From positions 1 through 25,174 of IMG/VR virus record IMGVR_UViG_3300028585_000062: a stretch of 25,174 nt of DNA. The stretch is one strand, 5' to 3'. Under the pieces are notes generated by a model. It did not search any database and was not told the DNA's origin. It worked only from the letters and a program-made list of their open reading frames with translations. Position 1 is the first letter of the stretch; the number at the start of each line of letters is the position of its first letter. The DNA is from a virus. Lineage: Duplodnaviria > Caudoviricetes. This document shows, piece after piece, positions 1 through 7,369 of the stretch. The translations under genes and the position numbers were made by a program.

Positions 1-29
1 TCAATCCCCTGCTCGCCGTATTTGGTGTT

Positions 30-43
30 TGCAGGGGACACCA
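30..43 (+). other. att core TGCAGGGGACACCA (3' end of argW tRNA-Arg(CCT)); tRNA itself absent
   Basis: Matches the remembered argW 3' end ...GATTCCTGCAGGGGACACCA; inverted TGGTGT (23-28) / ACACCA (38-43); lies upstream of an IntS-like integrase. Confidence 0.85.
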
Positions 44-116
44 CATCACCAAGAACCCGCCCGCACCGACACGAGCAAAACCCATTCAGAATCGCACCCC
101 ACAGCAAATCATACAC

Positions 117-208
117 AACCGACGCGAACCGACATGAATTGACTACGCCGACTTTTTGCGGGCATATTGTGGGCACACCAAAAACTATGCCCGGAATTAT
201 GCCCACAT
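117..208. promoter_or_regulatory. Integrase arm-type sites, putative RDF sites and int promoter
   Basis: TTGCGGGCATA (156-166) and TTGTGGGCACA (167-177); inverted copies TATGCCCGGAA (186-196) and TATGCCCACAT (198-208); ~10-bp-phased CCGAC/TTGAC (119-152); TTGACT (139-144) N18 CATATT (163-168). Confidence 0.65.
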
Positions 209-1379
209 GCTGACCGTCAAGCAGATTGATGCTGCGCGCCCCAAAGAAAAGTCATATCGCCTGGCGGATTCTGCAGGCCTGTTCCTGTTCATTCCACCGA
301 CCGGGAAAAAGGTATGGCGTCTGCGGTACCGGTTTGACGGGAAAGAGAAGACGCTCGTCATCGGTCCCTATCCGGAAATATCCCTCACTGAAGCGCGTGC
401 CCGGCAGTCTGAAGCAAAGATGAAACTCCTGGCCGGCGTCGACCCTGCAGAGCAAAAGCAGTCACTGAAGAAGAAAGAGAAGGAAGCGGATGCTGATACC
501 TTCGGCGACATCTTCAAAGAGTGGTATGCCCACAAGTCTAAGGTATGGTCGCCGGGCTACGCTGACGAACTGCACCGGATGTTCACGGACGACATCCTGC
601 CGATCATTGGTCATATGAAGATGGAAGAAGTTGAGCCGATGGTGTTGCTGAAGGTTATCCGCCTGTTCGAAGAACGTGGCGCGATGGAGAGAGCGGATAA
701 GGCAAGGAGAAGGTGTGGCGAGGTTTTCCGGTATGCGATCGTAACCGGGCGGGCAAAGTACAATCCGGCCCCAGACCTTGTGGATGCTCTGCGTGGGTAC
801 AGAAAGGAGAACTACCCTTTCCTGCCTATTAACCGCATCCGTGAGTTCCATAAGGCGCTTGAGGGGTATGGTGGCAGCGTGATTGCAAAGATTGCGGCGC
901 AGGTTCTTCATTACACCGCCCTGCGCACCAAAGAGCTCCGATCGATGGCATGGGCGAACGTCGACTTTGAGACCAGGCTCATCACGATTGATGCCGAAGT
1001 AATGAAGGGGCGGCGCATTCACATCGTGCCAATGTCCAGCCAGGTGGTTGAGCTTCTCACCTTCCTGAAGAAAGTCACCGGCCAGTATGCCTTGTGCTTC
1101 CCCGGTCGCACGGACCAGAAGAAACCAATCAGTGAAAACACCGTGCTGGGAGTGATACGGCGAATCGGATATGAGGGGCAGACCAGCGGCCACGGCTTCC
1201 GGCATCAGTTCAGCACCGTCATGAATGAGATGCACTGGAACAGTGACGCAATTGAGGCGCAGCTGGCACACGTGAACTCACAGGGAACGCGCGGAATCTA
1301 TAACCACGCCCAGTACCTCAACAATCGCATAGAGATGATGCAGTACTGGGCGGACTGGCTGGATGGCAAAGAGGCTTAA
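207..1379 (+). CDS. intS: P4-like tyrosine integrase, IntS/Sf6/HK620 family
   Basis: MLTVKQIDAARPKEK N-terminal arm-binding domain; ALRTKELR, HGFRH, QLAH and YNHAQY catalytic motifs; closely resembles E. coli IntS; start moved to ATG 207. Confidence 0.93.
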   Translation: MLTVKQIDAARPKEKSYRLADSAGLFLFIPPTGKKVWRLRYRFDGKEKTLVIGPYPEISLTEARARQSEAKMKLLAGVDPAEQKQSLKKKEKEADADTFGDIFKEWYAHKSKVWSPGYADELHRMFTDDILPIIGHMKMEEVEPMVLLKVIRLFEERGAMERADKARRRCGEVFRYAIVTGRAKYNPAPDLVDALRGYRKENYPFLPINRIREFHKALEGYGGSVIAKIAAQVLHYTALRTKELRSMAWANVDFETRLITIDAEVMKGRRIHIVPMSSQVVELLTFLKKVTGQYALCFPGRTDQKKPISENTVLGVIRRIGYEGQTSGHGFRHQFSTVMNEMHWNSDAIEAQLAHVNSQGTRGIYNHAQYLNNRIEMMQYWADWLDGKEA

Positions 1380-1382
1380 CTG

Positions 1383-1706
1383 TCAGATGATCGGCCGGAG
1401 CGGTTCATAAACGGACACTACCTCCGCCGTGACTTTCCCCAGCACGATAATGCTTTCTATTCCCTCTCCGTCGATCGTCTCGCCGTCCGAAGTGATAATC
1501 CCTGTGCTGAACAGCCTGCCCACCTGCGGGAACTCGCCTATCTGGAATGCTATCTTGTCGCCCGGAACAGGCTTTAGGGATTTGTCCGCCAGCACGAACC
1601 CGTCAGGCGTCTCAATCAGGATCATGTTGTTGCGGTGAGGCATCAAGACATCGTTCAGGTCGATGCGCCGCTCTATGTAATCGGACGCTGGTGATGGAAA
1701 TCCCAT
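1383..1706 (-). CDS. UmuD'-like (HumD-like) protein lacking the N-terminal arm and catalytic residues
   Basis: Begins MGFPSPASDYIERRIDLN, equivalent to the post-cleavage UmuD' N-terminus GFPSPAADYVEQRIDLN; no SGDSM segment. Confidence 0.8.
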   Translation of the reverse strand: MGFPSPASDYIERRIDLNDVLMPHRNNMILIETPDGFVLADKSLKPVPGDKIAFQIGEFPQVGRLFSTGIITSDGETIDGEGIESIIVLGKVTAEVVSVYEPLRPII

Positions 1707-1708
1707 AG

Positions 1709-1948
1709 TTACCTCACGTATCCCATGTTGCGTAACGACCAGGTCTTATTCTCGCTTTCCTCGGTAACGAGCTCGAAGAAGAAGTTCTGGTAACGCCGAA
1801 TCCACCGGTTGCACTCTGCCAGCGTCCAGACGTGATTCAAGTCATCCAGTCGCTTCTGGAATGCCGCCGTGGTGACAATTTGCCGCCCCCTGCCGTCCTT
1901 CGTTATCGCTCCAGTGAACGCCGCGTGTATGTCACTCTCTCTCGCCAT
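1709..1948 (-). CDS. 79-aa phage protein of unknown function, first gene of the SOS-regulated operon
   Basis: ATG 1948 with GGAGG RBS; its stop lies 2 nt before the umuD'-like start; LexA box upstream. Confidence 0.75.
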   Translation of the reverse strand: MARESDIHAAFTGAITKDGRGRQIVTTAAFQKRLDDLNHVWTLAECNRWIRRYQNFFFELVTEESENKTWSLRNMGYVR

Positions 1949-1969
1949 GATAAATCCTCCTCTGAAAAA

Positions 1970-1989
1970 TACTGTATGGATAAACAGTA
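1970..1989. promoter_or_regulatory. LexA (SOS) box TACTGTATGGATAAACAGTA overlapping a minus-strand promoter
   Basis: CTG-N10-CAG with TA flanks; minus-strand TTGATC (2013-2008) N18 TACTGT (1989-1984). Confidence 0.88.
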
Positions 1990-2099
1990 ATATCGATCGA
2001 TAGATTTGATCAAGCCTGAGCGGCGCACAGATTTGTAAAGGGGTTGATGGTAAAGGGTTTTTAGTTGGCACTGGACGTGTCGAGTAACTAATCTCAAAT

Positions 2100-2163
2100 T
2101 ACCCACCCCGTAGCCTGCTCAGACAGGAGCGGCTGAGTCATTGCCCGGTCGCCGGGCTTTTTT
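2100..2163 (+). ncRNA. Candidate ~65-nt small RNA
   Basis: TTGGCA (2065-2070) N18 TAATCT (2089-2094), then hairpin 2112-2134 and terminator 2143-2163, with no + strand ORF. Confidence 0.35.
2143..2163 (+). terminator. Rho-independent terminator
   Basis: GC-rich hairpin GCCCGGTCGCCGGGC followed by TTTTTT. Confidence 0.8.
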
Positions 2164-2293
2164 ATGACTGACACTCGCGAATGCATGTCGGTATGAATAT
2201 GAAACTACGATTGGGCTTGCGAGTTAAGATAAGGTAATCTTTATGTCGCCTCATTGATAGGCGTCCAGGATGTGATTAATTAGGGGGTTGTTC

Positions 2294-3094
2294 ATGTATT
2301 ATACTGAAATTGAAGGGAATATTAAAAACACAGGGAGTGCATATATAAGCATAAATAACTTCCCGGTAAAGTTAGACCTATCAAATCCACATGAGAGGCG
2401 CTATGCGGCATGTGCCGTTCTTGATGTTCAGTATCCGCAATACGATATTGACAGAATGCTGATCAGTAAGTTTGTTCGTGAAGGTGATTGTGTGCTGGAC
2501 GCTGGTGCAAACATCGGCTTAACAGCGCTGCTGTTTCTCGAAAGCGGGGCATCGTCAGTTACAGCAATCGAGCCCATACCTGAGATTTACAGCAGAATAA
2601 AAAATATTGGCTGCTCGCAGATAAAACCTTTAAAGGCTGCTTTATCTGATAAGGAAGGGCTGATCGATATTTATGTTTCTGAGGCTCACAATCAGGGTTC
2701 TACATACGATATCGAAAGCGTAAATATGTTCAGGCACATTTTCAGTGATGAGCCAAAGAAGATTTGCGTGCCTAAGATAACAATTGATGGCATCAACGGA
2801 AACTTTGATATCTGGAAAATGGATATCGAAGGAGCGGAGAAAGACGCATTGATGGGCGCTTGCAGAACTTTAAAAGATCACCCGCCGAGAGTAATATTTT
2901 CTGAGCTGTGGGGCGATAAGTTTGATGAATTCTATGAGATCATCAAGCACACGCATCAATACGCTTACAGAGCTGCCATATCCAAAGATGGATATGAGCT
3001 ACATTTCATAGAACCTACAGAATTCTCAAATATTGAGAGCGATTACCACTCTATTTCTCCGACCTTTGTTTTTATGCGAGAAGGGCTTTCTTAA
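2294..3094 (+). CDS. FkbM-family SAM-dependent methyltransferase (moron)
   Basis: VLDAGANIG motif I, AIEP, ALSDKEG and KMDIEGAE motifs; AGGGGG RBS before ATG 2294; AT-rich; opposite strand to the tail genes. Confidence 0.88.
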   Translation: MYYTEIEGNIKNTGSAYISINNFPVKLDLSNPHERRYAACAVLDVQYPQYDIDRMLISKFVREGDCVLDAGANIGLTALLFLESGASSVTAIEPIPEIYSRIKNIGCSQIKPLKAALSDKEGLIDIYVSEAHNQGSTYDIESVNMFRHIFSDEPKKICVPKITIDGINGNFDIWKMDIEGAEKDALMGACRTLKDHPPRVIFSELWGDKFDEFYEIIKHTHQYAYRAAISKDGYELHFIEPTEFSNIESDYHSISPTFVFMREGLS

Positions 3095-3340
3095 TTAGTC
3101 TGATTCATTCAATTTTGCCGGGATCTGAGATGGGTCTTCCACAGGGTTTGAAGTCAATTTGAACCCTTTATCAAAATAGAAAAGCCCGTCCTTTTTGTTA
3201 TAGAACATCCCTACCTGGCACTGCTTATCTGAGATAGGGATAAAGTAGTAACCGGTAATCTTAAATTCTTCATTTTCAGCGATAATGGTGTTTAGTACTT
3301 CAATATCATCATCTGGAATCATGGCTAGGTTGACAGTCAT
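3095..3340 (-). CDS. Small tail-fibre-associated/assembly protein
   Basis: Start overlaps the fibre stop (TAATG); size and position typical. Confidence 0.55.
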   Translation of the reverse strand: MTVNLAMIPDDDIEVLNTIIAENEEFKITGYYFIPISDKQCQVGMFYNKKDGLFYFDKGFKLTSNPVEDPSQIPAKLNESD

Positions 3341-4632
3341 TATGCATACTCCTCAATTATCATTAAGCCCGATATGCCCGGATTTCCCTGAACTGCTGTA
3401 GTTTGTGCTGGAGTTCCAATACCACCTGAACCATAGTAACCACCCTCGATAGGTGATGGCAGTGGCATTTGCCCAAGGTTGGTGCCCGGAACTACTTGGA
3501 TCACTGTGCTAGCTTTAGTGATTCCACCAGATGAATTGATAGGCGTGATCGCTGAGGTAATGGGTCGACTCGACAAACTGGCCCCGGCGGCTGAGGCTCC
3601 CGTTGATAGCGGCATTGAAACCCCTCCTGGGCCACCTGGGAGAGTAAATAGACTACCAAATGATGTAGCTCCTCCCGTTCCTCCTGCGTTTTGCCCTGCT
3701 GCTGATGGAACTCCTCCAGACCCAATAACTATTGATACTGGCGAGGTAAACGAAGATACAGGGATTAAAACATCAATATATTGCCCATAATAGCCGCCCT
3801 GTGACATGCCTCCATTTCCGGTGCTAGTGGCTGGCTCGCTTCCGCTAGCACCACCGCCTGCAACTGCTTTGACGCGAATTAATCTAGCACCTACTTTTGG
3901 GGTGTATGAACCACTAGCTAGAAAAGCAGAAACATTTAGAAAACTTCCAGGCGTAGCACCTTGGGTGATATTTGTTCCATCGCCTTGCAAAATAGCATTA
4001 GAACCTGACGGAACTGCTACTCCACTTCCGCTTGGTGTCTTTAATGTGATTGAATATGCACCAGTCGTATTATTAACAACATCCCATTTCTTAATCCAGG
4101 CAGGAACGACAACGTTAATATTGGCAGAAAGAGTGCCACTGAATATCAACCTATCTTTAGAGGCCTGAAGCGTTGTCAGTACCACGCTAGAGCCGGATAA
4201 ACCGGTGATATTGGTTACGCCATAACAACTTTGTGGCACCCATCCAGTTAATGAAGATGTGGTATTTTCAGGATTTGTGTTATTGCCATCTACAGTGTTC
4301 AGCCAGAAACCATCAAGAGAGGAGTTTGGTATTCTCGCGCCTTTAGGATAGCCAGCAACTGCAGAGCTAAAATCTGTATTGAAGGAGTATCCGGCACCAG
4401 CCTGCGACCATCGTATAGCGGCAGTAATGTCGTTAAATACGCCATTAAAATCAGTTCCAAATGGCGGAATACCACCGGCTGCAAGCGGAGTTCTGGTTAG
4501 TGGTGGAAAGCCGTCGGTATAAGATGCCCTACCAGCTGTTATGCCAATTTGTGAATCGTTTGGGATATCCTGCTTTGAGCCCCCTGTTGCAAAGGGGATC
4601 GGGAGAAGTTTAGGCTGCGAGCTGTTCTGCAT
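3340..4632 (-). CDS. Tail fibre protein with glycine-rich C-terminal domain
   Basis: N-terminal IPFA..G...IP, ASY..GFPP.T..P...GG.PP...DFNG, GYPKGA anchor motifs; Gly-rich C-terminus; start ATG 4632. Confidence 0.82.
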   Translation of the reverse strand: MQNSSQPKLLPIPFATGGSKQDIPNDSQIGITAGRASYTDGFPPLTRTPLAAGGIPPFGTDFNGVFNDITAAIRWSQAGAGYSFNTDFSSAVAGYPKGARIPNSSLDGFWLNTVDGNNTNPENTTSSLTGWVPQSCYGVTNITGLSGSSVVLTTLQASKDRLIFSGTLSANINVVVPAWIKKWDVVNNTTGAYSITLKTPSGSGVAVPSGSNAILQGDGTNITQGATPGSFLNVSAFLASGSYTPKVGARLIRVKAVAGGGASGSEPATSTGNGGMSQGGYYGQYIDVLIPVSSFTSPVSIVIGSGGVPSAAGQNAGGTGGATSFGSLFTLPGGPGGVSMPLSTGASAAGASLSSRPITSAITPINSSGGITKASTVIQVVPGTNLGQMPLPSPIEGGYYGSGGIGTPAQTTAVQGNPGISGLMIIEEYA

Positions 4633-5296
4633 TTTGTATTCCTGAGTCGGGGAAAAAGGTGCCGCTTTCGAATGGCTGCATTTCAGCCTCGGCAAATCCA
4701 AAGGTGTTGTTGAAATCGAGCGACATGATGCTGACGCTGACGCCTGCAGGCTTAGCGATCGCATTTGAATTGAGCAGGATGGCCCACTCTACCGGGGTCA
4801 GGTTGAAGCCAAAGACGTAGCTCATGGACATAACGCCGGTAATGGCTACGAACGTGTCTCCCTGGTCGCCAAACAGGTAGTACAGAGCTTTGTTCAGCGA
4901 TGGGATTGAGCAGTCGGTAATGTTCGCCATTGCCTTAGCCAGGATCAGCTTTCTGTATCCATCGTCAGCCAGAGTTACAGTTGACGTCAGCTGAAGCCCT
5001 TCAAAAAATGGCGCTTCATTGAATGGCTTTGGTGATTCGTCGCTGGCGCTGATAAACGATTCGTCAAAACCGAAGTATGTCGCCGCTTCACGAACGTTGA
5101 GAAGCCTAGAGACGCCAACTATTTTCCCCCACACATCCAGCCCATAACCGGTTGCCGTTGAAACATCCCATATGGCTGTCAGGAATTCGTCGGTGAATTC
5201 CGTCATGTCCATTGAGGTATTGAATGTTTCAATCAGGCTTCGGATATTGGGGCTGGCGGCGTATTGCGTGAGGATCGTGTCTTTCACGTTCTTCAT
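4610..5296 (-). CDS. Baseplate protein (DUF2612-like)
   Basis: QYAASP, ATGYGLDVWGKIVG and YRKLILAKA motifs; lies between baseplate J and the fibre. Confidence 0.8.
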   Translation of the reverse strand: MKNVKDTILTQYAASPNIRSLIETFNTSMDMTEFTDEFLTAIWDVSTATGYGLDVWGKIVGVSRLLNVREAATYFGFDESFISASDESPKPFNEAPFFEGLQLTSTVTLADDGYRKLILAKAMANITDCSIPSLNKALYYLFGDQGDTFVAITGVMSMSYVFGFNLTPVEWAILLNSNAIAKPAGVSVSIMSLDFNNTFGFAEAEMQPFESGTFFPDSGIQNAEQLAA

Positions 5297-6531
5297 ACAA
5301 GGCTCACTGAGATATCACTGGCGTCAAGGGAGGGTATCTGGTCAACGCCATATTCGACGGATGATGCGTAGTTAACGCCGTCCAGGCTGACGGTAACCGA
5401 CAGCACGTTAACTGATGCAGTGTCGATATTGTTCAGCACAGAGTAATAGCCGCCGGCAAAAACCTTTGACGCGATACGCGCTTTAGGCACCAGGTCACTA
5501 TTGCCATTGAAGGCGCTGATGATTGACGCACGAACCTGATCGACAATGTCCGATGGAAGCGATTGTGAGTTCTCCAGTTGGACCATGAACCTGGTTCTGG
5601 TCTGTGTCGGAGTGTTCCACGTCATCGTGTACTTAGGGTTGATGTTCGTGCCGCGAGAGGTATCGGTTACCACTGCAGAAGTGTTACCCACCATCCCGCA
5701 GCCAGCCTGATTCTTCAGGTAGATAGCCTGAGCAATGTCCTGCGCGGCACCGCCATAAACGGCGATATAGACGCTGTGAGCAGGTACCGGATAATTGGTT
5801 GAGCCAATGCTTACCGTTGCTCCTGAGTGATTCGACCACACATAGGCGTCCACAACGCCAGCCACATCGAGCACCGCGGCATAAATTGACTCGGGCGTAC
5901 CCTTCGCGTTGAGTGCGACAGACTGCCTGCGCCTGTACTCGAAATTAGCACGGGTCTCGACATCATTGCCCGGCACTCCAGCGGCTGCATTGGTGATGCC
6001 TGACCAGCCAGTAACCGCGCGATAGATGGTGTTCAGTGAACCTGCCGGGCACGCTATGGCCCCGCTGGTCTGATTCTGGAATACGATATCAACAGCGCCA
6101 GAGGCGGGAATGTTTGCTTCTGCCAGCGAGGTGTAGATGTAACCCGCTTCATCCTGTGCTGTGCTTCCTGAAGGGATTACAGTGCCTACCAAACCAGTTG
6201 CTGTCGCGGTGACCGTGGTTCCCTGCGCCGCTATACGATCAATAAAGTAGATGCGTCCGATGGCGTCCTGAAAACGGCCAGCGGCATAATCCGGGTTGAT
6301 GCCATTCACTATAGAAAGCAACTGGTCATTCTTGTCTGCAATGATGGCAGTTTCGCTCATGGCGATCTGCCCTTGCGGCGTAGTCAGGCTCTTACTCATC
6401 CCGCCGCCCAGCGCGCTATCTAAATCGCTGAGGCGCCCGTCTAAAATATCCTTCTCATCCGGCACTGACAGGCCGATATCGGAGAACGTGGCCGCCGGCA
6501 CCGATGTGGTAACGATTACTGTGTCTGCCAT
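5293..6531 (-). CDS. Baseplate wedge J/gp47-family protein
   Basis: TPQGQ, NPDYA.GRFQDAIG and G.DVETRA.F..RR motifs; 412 aa; synteny. Confidence 0.88.
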   Translation of the reverse strand: MADTVIVTTSVPAATFSDIGLSVPDEKDILDGRLSDLDSALGGGMSKSLTTPQGQIAMSETAIIADKNDQLLSIVNGINPDYAAGRFQDAIGRIYFIDRIAAQGTTVTATATGLVGTVIPSGSTAQDEAGYIYTSLAEANIPASGAVDIVFQNQTSGAIACPAGSLNTIYRAVTGWSGITNAAAGVPGNDVETRANFEYRRRQSVALNAKGTPESIYAAVLDVAGVVDAYVWSNHSGATVSIGSTNYPVPAHSVYIAVYGGAAQDIAQAIYLKNQAGCGMVGNTSAVVTDTSRGTNINPKYTMTWNTPTQTRTRFMVQLENSQSLPSDIVDQVRASIISAFNGNSDLVPKARIASKVFAGGYYSVLNNIDTASVNVLSVTVSLDGVNYASSVEYGVDQIPSLDASDISVSLV

Positions 6532-6538
6532 TTTGGCC

Positions 6539-6898
6539 TCAGAGATTGATGGTGCTTTGGTCGTAGTTGGTGTCGGTGATAGTCATGACGCCGGATGCGA
6601 TTCGGTTCTGTTTACCGATTACAGTCGTGCAGGTTGCGGTCTGTACGTAGTCGAGCTTTAGCGCCTCAGACTGCATCTTGGTGTTGATGAGCTGCGTTCC
6701 CGGCCAGTGACCGAGGATGCGCTGGTAATAAGGGATGCCGAGTGATGTGTCATACCAGGCTTCGCCGAGAAATGTCTTGCACGCGCAGGCGACATCCTGT
6801 GCGACAGCGTAAGGGTTTGGCGTGGAAGCAAGGTTGCCAGATCCATCAAGAGTCAGGTCCCACGCATCGGTATTTAGCAGGAGGGATTTGGTTATCAT
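6539..6898 (-). CDS. Baseplate wedge initiator (gpW/gp25/gp46-like)
   Basis: WDLTLD..GN and F.GE.WYDT..GIPY motifs; directly upstream of J. Confidence 0.75.
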   Translation of the reverse strand: MITKSLLLNTDAWDLTLDGSGNLASTPNPYAVAQDVACACKTFLGEAWYDTSLGIPYYQRILGHWPGTQLINTKMQSEALKLDYVQTATCTTVIGKQNRIASGVMTITDTNYDQSTINL

Positions 6899-6913
6899 GC
6901 TTTCTCCGGGCGT

Positions 6914-6935
6914 AAAAAAACCCGCCGGAGCGGGT
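6914..6935 (-). terminator. Rho-independent terminator of the secreted-protein moron
   Basis: Minus strand ACCCGC-TCCG-GCGGGT followed by a T run, immediately after the stop. Confidence 0.85.
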
Positions 6936-7312
6936 CATTGTGATGTCAGCTTCCCGGCTCGAAGTAGCCGTTGATAGCTTGGTATGTATTTAGATGGTTC
7001 GGTCATACAGGCATGCATAAATTCGGGGTCTGACTGTCCCGCACCTGAGCGAGAAAATCTGTCTGCAATATCCTTATTGCTTCGCAATGAGGTGATGATT
7101 CTGTCTGCTTCATCGTTTCCGATCATCAGCTCACTGGCAACCTGGTAAGTTGACTGCCGCCACTGACCATCGTCTTTATCAAAGGCTGCAAGTGATGCCA
7201 CAGAATAAAGGCGCGGCACCGTGCTACATGCGGTAATGACGGCTGATGTATCTAATTGCTGAGCGCTGGTGAAACAAGAAAATCCGAGTAGTAGCAGCGT
7301 GAGTATTCTCAT
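6935..7312 (-). CDS. Secreted/periplasmic protein (moron)
   Basis: GGAGG RBS, ATG 7312, Sec signal MRILTLLLLGFSCFTSA/QQ, two Cys in the mature part, own terminator. Confidence 0.78.
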   Translation of the reverse strand: MRILTLLLLGFSCFTSAQQLDTSAVITACSTVPRLYSVASLAAFDKDDGQWRQSTYQVASELMIGNDEADRIITSLRSNKDIADRFSRSGAGQSDPEFMHACMTEPSKYIPSYQRLLRAGKLTSQ

Positions 7313-7369
7313 AATTCCTCCATGGGTCTGTATGAATTCTACTCCCACCTGACCGCAATTGAATGCAAT

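Noticed and set aside
1-43. Complete tRNA-Arg gene
   Set aside because: Only the last 14 nt match; no TTCGA T-loop upstream
156-206. N-terminal extension of the integrase from TTG 156
   Set aside because: Region consists of arm-site repeats; family similarity begins at MLTVKQI (207)
462-1271. 269-aa antisense ORF within int
   Set aside because: No recognisable motifs; typical shadow frame of a coding gene
1949-2071. Longer start for the 79-aa gene
   Set aside because: Would span the LexA box and promoter; the GGAGG RBS supports ATG 1948
3340-4632. Invertible fibre cassette or DGR target
   Set aside because: No invertase, reverse transcriptase, second fibre end or TR/VR repeat pair seen
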